Shown: in pieces, positions 39,598-52,313 of the stretch
How the letters are laid out: each line of letters begins with the position of its first letter
Numbering within the stretch: the stretch's first letter is position 1
Assembly (NCBI GenBank): GCA_964016885.1
Contig: OZ024753.1
Span: 8,742,001-8,806,000 of the forward strand
Reading direction: 5' to 3'
Source of the DNA: Eledone cirrhosa
Lineage: Eukaryota
DNA: 64,000 nucleotides
Notes under the pieces: generated by a model
What the model was told of the DNA's origin: nothing
Database searches by the model: none
The model's input: the letters and a program-made list of their open reading frames with translations, nothing else
Position numbers and translations under genes: made by a program

Positions 39598-39942
39598 TCA
39601 TCATCATCATCATCATCATTTTACGTCCACTTTTCCCTGCTTGCAAGGGTGGGACGGGAACTGTTTCTGGCTTGATTTCTACAGCTGGATGCCCTTCCTA
39701 ACACCAACCTCATTTACAGTGAGTGCTGGGTGCTTTTTTTGCCGTGGCACCTCCACGACCACTTTGCAGTGGAATGATAGAGACCCCAGACCCTATCATC
39801 TCATTTCTACAGCTGAGTAAACTGGAGCAATGTGAAATAAAGTGTCTTGCTCAAGGAAACAACACATCACCCGGTCTGAGAATTGAACTCACAACCTTTC
39901 GATTGCAAGCCCAATGGTCTAACCACTAAGCCATGTGCCTCC
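39598..39942 (-). mobile_element. Full-length CORE-type SINE with RTE tail
   Basis: Family motifs, flanked by TA tracts. Confidence 0.9.
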
Positions 39943-39974
39943 ATATATATATATTTATTAAAATAACAGATTAA

Positions 39975-40025
39975 AGTTTAAGCAAAGAATCGCTGCTTTC
40001 ACCCTTAACAGGATCTTCTGAAACT
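39975..40025 (-). ncRNA. Hammerhead-like motif with CAGAAGA core variant, in a repeated TA-associated element
   Basis: On -: AGTTT CAGAAGA tCCTgttaaGGGt GAAA GCA gcgattctt TGC T T AAACT. Related copies at about 15130-15177, 46711-46760 and partially 50660-50692. Confidence 0.4.
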
Positions 40026-40132
40026 AACAAAGTCAATCTGTGAACGCAGAAGTGAATATTTCAAAAAATGTTGCAACCGGAGGAAGACAGGAAGACGAAA
40101 CTTAGGATTTTAGTCTTCAAATTTATTATTAT

Positions 40133-40199
<67 letters not shown>

Positions 40200-40467
40200 A
40201 ATGAAGTAATTCCGTCGGAAATGTCCAGGAAAAAAGAGTGCTCTATGTAGGTAACAGAGCTTAATAGTTATGTAATAAACAACATAAGGCAATTATTCCA
40301 TTTACCAGTGGTTTCTTAAAAGCAAAAAATTTTGCTTTCAATCATCAGAATGAAAAAATCCTGGTCTGTTTATTGAATTTGGATTCTAAAAACAAAAAAC
40401 AACTATATATATATATAGGAAAAAGTATGACCCCAACGGCAGAGTTTAAGCCGTTTCGACGGCTATT

Positions 40468-42167
40468 TCATCATCATCATCATCACCGTTTTACGTCCGT
40501 TCTTCCACGCTAGCATGGGTTAGACGGGTTGTCCTGTTGTGGGCAGTGTCTGGTCGGCTGACCATGCCTTGCTCATACAGGAACTGATCTGGCTTGATTT
40601 CTACAGCTGGATGCCCTTCCTAACACCAACCTCATTTACAGTGAGTGCTGGGTGCTTTTTCGTGGCGCCTACACGTCCACTTTACAGTGTGGGCTGGGTG
40701 CTTTTTTGCCGTGGCACCTCCACGACCACCTTGCGGTGGGGGGGGGGGGGGGCATATTGTTTATATGCTTCAGCATGTACCCATGGGAGGTCGGGTACCC
40801 TGTATTACTGCGTGACGCCAGAAGTCACGGTCGTGTGTCATTGACTTTGAGAGGTGTAGTTGGGTAAGGTCGGCTTTTATCACCTCATCCCAAGTCATCT
40901 TGGGTCTCCCCACTCCGCGGTTTCCATCAACTTCTAGTGCTCTGCACCTTTTTATGCAGCTGTCATCCTTCATACGCATCACATGTCCATACCAGCGTAA
41001 CCGCCTCTCCTGCACGCAGCATTTGATTCCTCTTATGCTCAGTCTCTCTCTCAATTCATTTATGCTTTGTCGTTCACGTATATTACTGTTACACATCCAT
41101 CGGAGCATGCAGGCTTCGTTTCTCTCTAATCTACGTAAGTCTTCCACCTTCAGCGCCCAGGTCTCACTACCATGCAACATCGCTGTTCGGATACACGCAT
41201 CATACAGTCTGCCTTTCATTCTGAGGGAGAAGCCTTTTGCAGCTAGCAGTGGTAGTAGTTCCCTAAACTTCTTCCATCCCGTTCTTACCCTAGTTATTGT
41301 ACTTTCTGAGCACCCACCTCCGTTGCTAATTCGGTCACCTAGGTAGCAGAAGCTGTCTACTGTTTCTACAGGGCCCTCCCAGAGATTGGTGGTACTTGTT
41401 TCCTGTGGCTGTTTGCTTGCTGTTTCAGCACAGCTGCTGCATGTGAATCCTACATTCTTAATTAAGCTTCCTGAGATCCCGCTACATCTCTTGTGTACCC
41501 ATTGTTTGCATTTGGGGCAAAGAATGGAGTTCCTACCTACACCTTTCCTACATACTGAGCAAGGCCATTTCCCTGAGGGGATCTGGGTTCTGTTTTCTCG
41601 TCTACTTATAAGGACCTTAGTCTTTGTCATGTTGACTTTGAGGCCCTTTCTCTCTAGTCCCTGCTTCCAGGTTTGGAATTTATTCTCTAGTTCTACCATA
41701 GATTCAGCTATGAGTGCGAGGTCATCAGCATACAGGAGTTCCCATGGGCATCCGGTCTTAAACTCCTCCGTTATTGCCTGCAGGACTATGATGAACAGGA
41801 GAGGGCTAAGAACAGAGCCCTGGTGGACCCCAACCTGTACGCTAAATTCCTCGCTATACTCATTGCCAATCCTAACTTTGCTGACTGCTCCCCTATACAT
41901 GGCTTGTACCGCTTTCACAAGCCATTCATCTACTCCTAGTTTTCTAAGAGCCCACCAGATTACTGCACGTGGAACTCTGTCAAAGGCTTTCTCAAGGTCG
42001 ACAAATGCCAAGTAGAGTGGCTTACTTTTAGCTAGGTACTTTTCCTGTAATTGCCTCACAAGGAAGAGCGCATCAGTGGTGCCTTTCCCTGGAACAAACC
42101 CAAATTGCATCTCGTCTATATTCACCCGGTCCCTAATCAGCTGTGCTATAACTCTTTCTCTGGACAC
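40468..42167 (-). mobile_element. RTE LINE, 5'-truncated, relatively young
   Basis: Uninterrupted RT ORF, 3'UTR and (GAT)n tail. Confidence 0.95.
40770..42167 (-). CDS. RTE ORF2 C-terminal half: reverse transcriptase with a PHD-like zinc-finger insertion (no endonuclease; not a real start codon)
   Basis: 465 aa open: QFGFVPGKGTTDA, FVDLEKAFDRV, GVHQGSVLSP, LLYADD, CSVC..CPKC..HKRC..CSSC, FCYLG, RLRWYGHV, GRPKMTW. Confidence 0.9.
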   Translation of the reverse strand: MSRERVIAQLIRDRVNIDEMQFGFVPGKGTTDALFLVRQLQEKYLAKSKPLYLAFVDLEKAFDRVPRAVIWWALRKLGVDEWLVKAVQAMYRGAVSKVRIGNEYSEEFSVQVGVHQGSVLSPLLFIIVLQAITEEFKTGCPWELLYADDLALIAESMVELENKFQTWKQGLERKGLKVNMTKTKVLISRRENRTQIPSGKWPCSVCRKGVGRNSILCPKCKQWVHKRCSGISGSLIKNVGFTCSSCAETASKQPQETSTTNLWEGPVETVDSFCYLGDRISNGGGCSESTITRVRTGWKKFRELLPLLAAKGFSLRMKGRLYDACIRTAMLHGSETWALKVEDLRRLERNEACMLRWMCNSNIRERQSINELRERLSIRGIKCCVQERRLRWYGHVMRMKDDSCIKRCRALEVDGNRGVGRPKMTWDEVIKADLTQLHLSKSMTHDRDFWRHAVIQGTRPPMGTC

Positions 42168-42253
42168 TTTTTCCTATTACCCACTCTACTACCCTAAGTA
42201 TTGAGTACTCTGGTGCGTTATGGTCCATCTGGTTCCTTACCACATCTCCTTCG

Positions 42254-42256
<3 letters not shown>
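42168..42256 (+). mobile_element. Penelope-like family fragment abutting the RTE 5' truncation point
   Basis: CCTATTACCCACTCTACTACCCTAAGTATTGAGTACT is the reverse complement of 6170-6208 and ends in (TA)n. Confidence 0.6.
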
Positions 42257-42293
<37 letters not shown>

Positions 42294-43310
42294 AAGGAGA
42301 TGTGGTAAGTGACACATGGATAGCACTTTACTCCAGTAAACACGACGGCTGGGAGACCCTTTCAGGAACTCATATGTCTGCTGGACACATGAGCAAAAGG
42401 AGGTTTGTTTTTTTTCCTGCCGGCAGCATATCACAAAATCGAATTTCATCTGAGGATACAAAAAATGCATTAATTACATCTTGATTGCATAGGAGAACCA
42501 TTGAAATAATTATAATGAATAAACGATTTTTGTAACATGAGCATCTTTATTAATGTTATTATTATACTGAATCTCTATCATAACTACAAACTATGAATGT
42601 TGAGAGCTTTCTCCTGCTTGCTCCTGTTTTTGGCAAGGGGAATGATATATATAATGCCATTATGTCTACATATGAAGTTGTGTGTCGACAACATATATTT
42701 AGGTGTGTGTGTAGGTATGCTTGTGTTTGTTTATCATCTCCATCTCCACCACCACCATCATCAACATCAAGTGAATAAAAATCTATCAGCTGAGAAAATA
42801 CCTGTAAATGCTATGCTAATTACACCTCTCCTTTCTCAGAAAAATTAAAAGAAAAAGTTCTCAATATAATGAAAAATCAGGTATTTTATGGCTAATAGCT
42901 AGAAAGGAAAATTTATCTAAAGAAAACAGTTTCAATACTAATCTGTCATTTAGTATAGCAATGTTACTACACCAATATCATATGACTGATGAAGAGAATA
43001 TTTACTACTAAAATACAAGTTAGCTACCTTTGGTCAAGTCTTTCGTTCAGTGAATGTTACAACATCACACATAGAATTCTATAGAACAAATAACTACATG
43101 AGATTTTATATTATTTTACTTACTACCACCAATAAAATGGTAGATATTCAGGTTTTATTAACATGTGTTGCTCAATTAGATAGAAATGATGTGGATTCAG
43201 GTTATAGCAACAAGGATGTGTGCTTACTCGTCAGTGTGGTTTATTTCAGTTGTTTAATCCTTTGATATTGTAGTGCACCTGAGCACTTTACACAATAATT
43301 TCATTATTAT

Positions 43311-43523
43311 TTAAACCGGCCGTATCCAGCCAGAATTCTCTCACCTCTTTCTATTCAAACTGGCTGTAACTGGCTACTCATACTGATGTTAAGGTATTAT
43401 TCTCAAAATAAATAATATCAAAATCTCGTAGATTTGATATTATGAGAGATAGTTATGTCAGATAAAACCTTTACTTCAAAAATACCATAGTATATATAGA
43501 GTAATGTAAATGCTAAAGGGTTG
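43311..43523. mobile_element. piggyBac-like MITE copy
   Basis: Internal family sequence and TAAATGCTAAAGGG end. Confidence 0.75.
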
Positions 43524-43977
43524 AGAAGCTTTATCACAAATAACTCCATTTTTATTTCAGGTTTTATTAGCATGTATTGCCCAATTAGATAGAACTAATG
43601 TGGATTCGAATTTTGTCAACAAAGATGTGTGCTTACTTGTCAACAGAGGTCAGCATGGTTTATCATAAAGCAGTTCTCAGTTGTTTAAGAAGCTTTATCA
43701 CAAATAACCTCATTCTTTTTGAAACATGTTACTACTTGTTTAAACCTGTGATGTTATGGTTTCTTTTGTGTGCTTTGTAATGTTGAGTTACAAGGCTAGA
43801 GTTTATTCTAATTATAACCACTCCCAAATTACCTTGCAGTTAAAGGAATCAGGAGACAAGTATCTAACATATATGGGAATTAATTCTACTCTACAATATT
43901 TGCTAAATCCTAAGGATACCGAATAATTAATGACTGCCAAAGTTTTAATCTATATAATTATCTCTACAAAATAGCAA

Positions 43978-43999
43978 TATATATATATATATATATGAG

Positions 44000-44031
<32 letters not shown>

Positions 44032-44054
44032 AATGTGTATATATATATACATAT

Positions 44055-44111
<57 letters not shown>

Positions 44112-44208
44112 TATATACATACATATATATATATATATGAGTATATATAAATGTGTATATATATATACATATACACATATATATAGACATATATACATAC
44201 ATATATAA

Positions 44209-44239
<31 letters not shown>

Positions 44240-44390
44240 TACATATATATACACATATATACATATATATATACTCATATATATATACATACATATATAT
44301 ACACACATATATACATACATATATATATACTCATATATATATACATACATATATATACACATATATACATACATATATATATACACATAT

Positions 44391-44421
<31 letters not shown>

Positions 44422-44601
44422 CATACAGATATATACCTACATATATATATATATATATACATACATACAGATATATACCTACATATATATATATATATAT
44501 ATATACATACATATATATACACACATATATTATATATATATATATACACATACATATATATACACACATATATATATATATACATATACATACACACATA
44601 G

Positions 44602-44632
<31 letters not shown>

Positions 44633-44704
44633 CATATACACATATACATGCACACACATATATATATATGTGTACACACACATATATATATGCACGCACA
44701 TACA

Positions 44705-44739
<35 letters not shown>

Positions 44740-44850
44740 CATGTGTATGTGTTTGTCTGTATACAACTATATCTATCTAGACAGTAGATACACATATACA
44801 ATACTATATAGATATGTATGCATATGTATATATATATATATATATATATA
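43978..44850. repeat. (TA)n/(CATA)n microsatellite block
   Basis: Seen directly. Confidence 0.95.
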
Positions 44851-45490
44851 TTCACACAGACAAGGAATAATGGTCAAACCTTGCAATGAATATTTCCTCT
44901 ATATAGAAAATGTACAAGATTTCATATACATTAATTTGTGAAAGAAAATTTGCAATGTAATGCTGAAATGGAAATCAGCTGCCTGGTTAATATGGAATCA
45001 CATCCAAGACCAATAACAAACGAAATAATTATAGACAGTTACTTTAGAATTTGCAATTACTGTACTCTCTGTATAGTCTCACTTATATGTTTGTAATAAC
45101 TGCGGTTCTATGATAATTTAGAAAATATCCAAGCTAGTGCTTCTTAACCCTTTTTTTTTATATATATATCCTAGTACAACACCTAAAAGAAAAAAACATG
45201 ATTTCTTTCTCTATTCATTATAAAAACATATTTGATATTTTGATATTAACAATAGGGCTGCTGGTCTCTTTTGGGAGCTGGAAGACTAATCCAGGAAACA
45301 TGGCCTTAAAATGCTTGTAATTCTACTGCCATAGGTACACAAAGCATGTTGTGGTAGTATGATTTTGTAAATCTAATAGTATATATATATATATATATAT
45401 CTCTCAAATATATGTTTGTATATATATATATATATATATACGTTATTTCGGGTTGAATCGGAGGTAACCACAGTAAGTATGGTACTTGTT

Positions 45491-45558
<68 letters not shown>

Positions 45559-45559
45559 A

Positions 45560-45692
45560 ACAAGTTATATATTAATATATATGATAAACACAAACGTGTT
45601 TGTATTGTAAGAGACAAAGTTAGCTAAGCTAACTTTGTCTCTTACAATACAAACACATTTGTGTTTATCATATATATTAATATATAACTTGT
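45560..45692. repeat. Near-perfect palindrome (about 66-bp arms)
   Basis: ACAAGTTATATATTAAT...GAGACAAAGTTAGCT a AGCTAACTTTGTCTC...ATTAATATATAACTTGT. Confidence 0.9.
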
Positions 45693-45762
45693 ATTTCACT
45701 GCTCAGAAATGCCCCTTTCTTTGAGCTGATTAATTGTAAACGACTATGCGTTTAATCTCTAA

Positions 45763-45822
<60 letters not shown>

Positions 45823-45923
45823 AACAAGTAGGACCCCGACGGCTGAGCTCAAGCCGTTTCGACAGCTAATTCTGGACTATATAAATTCCATTCGTCGGAA
45901 CACTGATTCTCTTTTTTTCTGTG

Positions 45924-45968
<45 letters not shown>

Positions 45969-47015
45969 ATAGAACAGAAAAAAAGAGAATCACTGTTCCG
46001 ACGAATGGAATTTATTGGACATATTACAATTGTATTACAATTCGTCGCAACACTGATTCTTTATTTTTCTGTGATATCATACTCTGCTCTATGAGAGCAT
46101 CGAGTGCTCATACGGCCTACCACTTACAGACGCTTTAAGCATCCATCACCAATTATATTTATATATATATATATATATACATATATAAATAAAAATATAT
46201 AAAACATAAATAAATAAAAATAAAAATAAAAATAAAAATAAACTATAGCTTTGTAGAATTAGCTTTTAATGAATTCCCTTTTCTATCAACCAATGACCTG
46301 CACCCATCCCACTCCCCACCCTCTCCTACCACTTGTAGAGACCTATAAATACCATATTTATTTTTTGATACCCAGATTCCTGATGATTTCTAATGAATGA
46401 AACAGTTCTAGTCCTGTAGAATCTCATCTATATTAAAACTATATATATATATATATATATATATAGGAAAAGAGTCAGGACCCCGAAGGTTGAGCTCCGG
46501 CCTTTTCGACAGCTAGATCCGACTCCTTTCATATTACCCACTCTACTACCCTAAGTATTGAGTACTCTGGTGCATTATGGTCCACCTGGTATCTTACCAC
46601 GCCCTCTTTGTTGTTTATATTTATATATATATATATATATATTTATTTATTTATTAAAATAACAGATTAAAGTTTAAGCAAAGAATCTTTGAAGTTTCAG
46701 AATTTTTTTTAGTTTCAGAAGATTCTGTTAAGGGTGAAAGCAGCGATCCTTTACTTAACATTTAATCTGTTATTTTAATAAATATTTGCTCTAGGGTTCT
46801 TATATATTTGATATATATTTATCCTTATTGAGCCCTCTTTGGATTTTAGTCTTCATATTTATTATTATTACTATATATATATATAGTATACTAGGGAGAG
46901 GATCAGGGGTGTATAACACTCCACTTATCCAGCAGGCAGTATAAGGTTATGTAATTTGTGGTATGTAATTAACCTTTATGCTCTGATGAGTCCCACTTTG
47001 TGGTATGTAATTAAC

Positions 47016-47073
47016 CTTTATGCTCTGATGAGTCCCACTTATAGTGCGGATGAAACAATGTTAGCAAGTAAAG
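47016..47073 (+). ncRNA. Type-I hammerhead ribozyme preceded by a 42-bp duplication of its 5' half
   Basis: CTTTA TGCT CTGATGA GTCCCAC ttata GTGcGGAT GAAAC aat GTT AGCA ag TAAAG. 46955-46996 repeats as 46997-47038. Confidence 0.7.
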
Positions 47074-47519
47074 ATATGCATATGCTATAGGCGTTCTTTG
47101 TTATTTATTATATATATATATATATATATATATGTTCACACTCACACATATACATGTGCGTGTGTGTGTGTATGTGTACATGAATGTGTAAGTTACTACA
47201 TCTATATACATCTGAATGAATCCTCAAAAAGTACTTTTGTTTAAACACTTTATTCCTAACGTCACAGTCTTTAGCTGAGAATAATGTCTATACAAGACAC
47301 CAAATAGCTTTCAACCATGCATCACATATACGACAGCAATGCTGGTTAATATTACAAGATGACATTTTGTTATTTGGGGTTTAGCTTCTTCCTTTGCATT
47401 CTTCATTATAGAAATTCTTAAATTATGGCTTTATGTGCACAGAAAAATGTCAACATGAAAATCATACAAATGTTTTCACTAGCTTACCATGCTATTTAAA
47501 AGATATATACCCTTCCCAT

Positions 47520-47963
47520 TTAACCCTTTATCATTTAAACCAGCCATATCTGGCCAGAATTCTCTCACCTCTTTCTGTTCAAACTAGCTGTAGCTGGCTA
47601 CTTATACTTCATCATCATCATCATCATCGTTTAATGTCTATCTTCCAAGCTAGCATGGGTTAGACGGGAATTATCCCACTTGAGGCATGATTGGTAGGGT
47701 GACCGTGTCTCGCTCGTACAGAACTGTATCTGGCAGGTTTTCTACAGCTAGATGCTCTTCCTAACACCAACCACAATTACAGTGTGGACTGGGACCCTTT
47801 TTACCATGTCTCCTACACAACCTATGTTAAGGTATTGTTCTCGAAATAAATAACATCAAAATCTTATAGATTCAATATTATCTGAGATAATTATGTAAGA
47901 TAAAGTGTTTACCATGAAAATACAATAGTATATATTGAGTAATGTAAATGCCAAAGGGTTAAG
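47520..47963. mobile_element. piggyBac-like MITE split by an RTE 3' tail (47609-47823, - strand)
   Basis: TTAACCCTTTATCATTTA start, GCCAAAGGGTTAA end, with a nested (CAT)n RTE tail. Confidence 0.8.
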
Positions 47964-48104
47964 GAATCCCACTATTCAATGGTCACATCTATCATTCTTT
48001 CTAAATTGTCACCCTCTTTCTAAAGGATTGTGACTTAATCTTCTTAGTACCAAGCTGACGAAAAAATACCCGCCTCTGGTTTTAAAGTGCTTTAAATGTA
48101 AATA

Positions 48105-48295
48105 TATGAATGTCGGCTCAAAAGTACATAGGCTGACTATGAAGGAGTGATGCTAGAGCTGTGAAATCTTGCATGGATTAATTTCAACACATCTTATTAA
48201 TAACAGCATTGTTTCTATCCAAGAAATATTTTTGAAAAATGAACCTCATTTGATCATTCCATGAGAGTATCTTGGTCAGCTGACCATTGTATACG
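48105..48295. mobile_element. mariner-type MITE copy
   Basis: Reverse-oriented relative of 27424-27616. Confidence 0.65.
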
Positions 48296-48802
48296 AGAAA
48301 GTCTTTCATCATATTGTTATGTAAGAACCATTGTTGAGTTATGCTCCAAAACATCAGCTTGATAATGAGAAAGTTAGTTAGAAATAAAGAGAATTATTTC
48401 AATTCATTGACAAGATCCCAAACCTCATTTGCTTACTGAAAGGGGTAGTATTCATTTAAATCAGACCAAGGAACCAATGTTTCCATTGGTCTTTCCATTG
48501 CTGATACTATCTACAGGTCGCAGTTCCTGGCAGAAGGAGCAACATGAAATAAAGTGTCTTTCTGAAGGACTTAATGCATCTCCCAGACTAGGATTCTAAC
48601 TTGCAACTTCGCTATAAATGGTCTTCAAAATGTTTTTAAATAAACATACAGTATATTATCAACTATACTATATGTACATTCATACATGTATCACTATTTC
48701 AGAGCACCAATACTAATTCCTAATTTTTGCTGGACCAGCAACCACTCTGTTTAATCAGCTCTTAAACATTACTGGAATTCTATAAGAATCCAGCTTCTAT
48801 AA

Positions 48803-48976
48803 TTGTTTCTACTTTTTGCACAAGGCCAGCAATTACCCAGTGTATTACTGGTACTTTATTTTATCGACCCCATAAGGATGAAAGGCAAAGTTAACCTCGG
48901 CGGGATTTGAACTCAGAATGGCAAGGGCCGCAACTCTATGCGTCAAAGCATGGCGTTCAACCCTCTACCACCGCCC
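48803..48976 (-). mobile_element. Meta-type SINE
   Basis: Family motifs. A partial copy also lies at 51391-51540. Confidence 0.85.
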
Positions 48977-49014
48977 TTTCCAGCTTCTATAATACTCGGC
49001 AGAAGCAAAGAGAT

Positions 49015-49320
49015 CTGATTTTCTCTGCTGGCATGGGCGGGACAGGTCCTCTTAAGCAAAACATCTCTCTGGTTGTCACAATACTTCGTCATCTCCACTG
49101 TGTGCTTCAACAATCTAAAGTCAGCTTTCACCACCTCCGCTTTAGTTTTTCGTGGTCTTCCTCTACTGCATCTTCCTTCCACTTGGATCACTTGGCCTTC
49201 CTTTACCCAGAGGCCATCCTCTATGCACATCACATGTCCATACTAACGCAGTCTTCTCTCCTCCAGTCTACAATTTATTCCTCTTATACACAGTTTCTAT
49301 CTCAACTCATCCATGCTTAG
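49015..49320 (-). mobile_element. Older RTE ORF-end fragment
   Basis: QVEGRCSRGRPRKTKAEVVKADFRLL...LKRTCPAHASRE. Confidence 0.75.
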
Positions 49321-49439
49321 TCATTCATATTTATATATATTTATATATATATATGTATATGTACTTTAAGAAAAATATTGTAGTATTGAGCCACTGTACA
49401 ACTATGAGGTATTCATGTCTTAGTAAATTAATATACATA

Positions 49440-49802
49440 AGACCCGCCTTACCTAAGTACAAAGTCCCACTAGCCCCACCCCATCCACACCACCCCTTTC
49501 AATGTAAAGTTATGTTGGTACCACAACATCCAGCCCGAAACAAATGAGGTCGTGTAGGTGTCACGACAAAAAAACACACAGTCCACGCTGTAATGTGGCC
49601 GTGTAGGCAACACGGTAAAAACCCCCCAGTTCCACACTGTAAATGTGGTTGGTGTTAGGAAGGGCATCCAGCCGTAGAAAACCCGCCAGACAGTCCTAGG
49701 CGAGCAAGACAACCACTCTTGCCTCAAGTGGGAAAACTCCCGTCCAAACCCATGCAAGCGTGGAATATGGACGTTAAATGATGATGATGATGATGATGAT
49801 GA
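49440..49802 (+). mobile_element. RTE 3'UTR and (GAT)n tail
   Basis: Near-identical reverse complement of much of 654-1055. Confidence 0.9.
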
Positions 49803-49873
49803 GGACTTCATTGTTATAAATTGTCATTTCGTGGTAAGTTGCAGTCATGTTGAAACATGTCATTCGTGGAGTA

Positions 49874-49908
<35 letters not shown>

Positions 49909-50243
49909 GAGAGAGAGAGAGAGATACAATATATAACTACTACTACTAAGAAGAATGAGGATGTGTGTTTTGGGGGTTTTTATGAAAGTATATAGAATTT
50001 TTTTGATAGAAATATTTATCTCATGATGGCTATGTTTTTTGAGCAGCAAATCTTCTCTATTAGATGTCACTAACCATATTCAGTAATAGTATTTCACTAT
50101 CAGCAACAGCTTCAGGGAAAAATCGTGTGAAATATAATTGTCACTGTTAAGTATTCTCCCCGGAGGCTTCTAGAAGAAAATCTTAATTCCATGAAATCAC
50201 AACTAATTTGTTACCAATTCTCTGCTAATCATATTTGCATATA

Positions 50244-50277
<34 letters not shown>

Positions 50278-50286
50278 CATATATAT

Positions 50287-50327
<41 letters not shown>

Positions 50328-50811
50328 CATCCATACATACATGATACATATATACACGTATTATATATATAATCAATCATATATATATGATTATATAATA
50401 TGTGTATATATACATATGTACATTTATACCCAAACACATATCTACACACACATACACACATATATATTATAATCATCATCATCACCATCATTTAACATCC
50501 ATTATCTCTGCTAATACAATATGGAGAACTTGTATATATATATATATATAGTAATAATAATAAATTTGAAGACTAAAATCCAAAGAGGGCTTGACAAGGA
50601 TAAATATATATCAAATATATAAGAACCGTAGAGCAAATATTTATTAAATAACAGATTAAAGTTTAAGCAAAGAATCGCTGCTTTCACCCTTAGCGGTGTA
50701 AATACTTTGAGAAATGGGGGAGACAGATACACACACATACAATAATTTACAGAAGTATTATGAAGATATGAGATGGCTGAAGATAGATTGAATTCTGCTG
50801 TGTTATTTGCT

Positions 50812-51255
50812 ACCTCACTGATCCGAGGTTCAAATATAGTTAACGGTAAAACCAGATTTATACCTCCCTGATTCAAGATTCAAATATAGTTGACAGTGAA
50901 ACCAGATTTATACCTCACTGATCCGAGGTTCAAATAGAGTTGACAGTGAAACCAGATTTATACCTTACTGATCTAAGGTTCAAATATAGTTGACAGTGAA
51001 ACCAGATTTATACCTCACTGATTCGAGGTTCAAATATAGTTGACAGTGAAACCAGATTTATACCTCACTGATTCGAGGTTCAAATATAGTTGACAGTGAA
51101 ACCAGATTTATACCTTACTGATCTAAGGTTCAAATCTAATTGAGGGTGAAACCAGATTTATACCTCACTGACCTGAGGTTCAAATCTAGTTGACGGTCAA
51201 AGCAGATTTATACCTCACTGATCTGAGGTTGAAATCTAGTTGACGGTGAAACCAG
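50812..51255. repeat. 50-bp minisatellite, about 9 copies
   Basis: Unit CCTCACTGATCCGAGGTTCAAATATAGTTGACAGTGAAACCAGATTTATA. Confidence 0.95.
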
Positions 51256-51569
51256 AGGAGGTGGACCAGTAATACTGTAGTTTTATTTGTTAATTCATTG
51301 ATCTGAGGTTCACATTTAAATTACAGTGAAACTGGATCAGGTGTTTCAATATTACTGAAGTGATGTTTATTTGGTACCTCACATAATATAATTGTTTCTA
51401 CTTTTGGCACAAGGCCAGCAATTATCCCAGTGTATTACTGGTACTTTATCGACCCCGTAAGGATGAAAGGCAAAGTTAACCTCAGCGGGATTTGAACTCG
51501 GACCATAAAGGGCCGTAACTCTTTGCTGCAAAGCATGGTACCTCACATAATATAATGTTTTTTAACAGT

Positions 51570-52150
51570 GTTAGGGAAAATTTTCAATAGAACAACCTTT
51601 CATTGGTATGCACATATCAAGTCTCTGCGCGAAATTGTTGAATGCAGCTTCAAGTTGTTCTTTTGTTATTTTGGTGAATGTAGTTGATATAGGCTTTTCA
51701 GTTTTTCAACAGCTTTCAGAGAGGAAGCTTGCACAATAGACTTAATATATCGCCAGAAATAAAAATCCATTGTGGTCAGATCTGGGGATCTTTATTGCCC
51801 AATGAAATGGGCAATTATTACCTATCTATCAGATGGAAACAGTTGTTACACATTTGATATTTTATATGGCTTCATGCCAATATGGTATTTTAAATTATCA
51901 TGTATAGTTGAATAAGGAATAACAAGCTGACATGATGGTGCTTTTGCAAAAGTTTCTTCAAAACTGCTTCATCTTGTCTTTATCCAAACCGAGTCTTCCA
52001 CTGCTGTCAAGGTTGTGTGCTGATCCTGTTTCTTTGAATTTTACAAAGCAAGCTCGTATTGTTTTGTGTGAAGGGCTGGTGATTTGTGCTGAGTTGACCA
52101 TTTCCGCTGAACAACAGTTACAGACTTGTACTCTGCCATTAACAGAATAA
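51570..52150 (-). pseudogene. Internally deleted Tc1/mariner (rosa/DD41D-like) transposase fossil
   Basis: On -: AEYKSVTVVQRKW...IRACFVKFKETGS...SSGR (HTH) and RSPDLTTMDFYFWRYIK...NNFAQRLDMC. Confidence 0.75.
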
Positions 52151-52313
52151 TTGAAATTATTTCTTCAGTTCACTACACGTATAATGATGAAAATGAAATC
52201 ATTATTTGTTTACACATAAAAATGTATATGACTGGTGAATATTTTTAACCAATCAAATTTCAATATGTCATATTTGCATAAAAACTAAACTAAGGAGGGA
52301 CTTTCCACTCACC

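Noticed and set aside
40315-40355. CTGATGA-tt-GAAA on - with a good stem III
   Set aside because: No stem II and no stem I pairing.
50812-51255. 50-bp array as a CRISPR array or a tandem hammerhead (CTGAT..GA...GAAAC)
   Set aside because: There are no unique spacers or cas genes and the context is eukaryotic. The core spacing is wrong and stems I and III do not pair.
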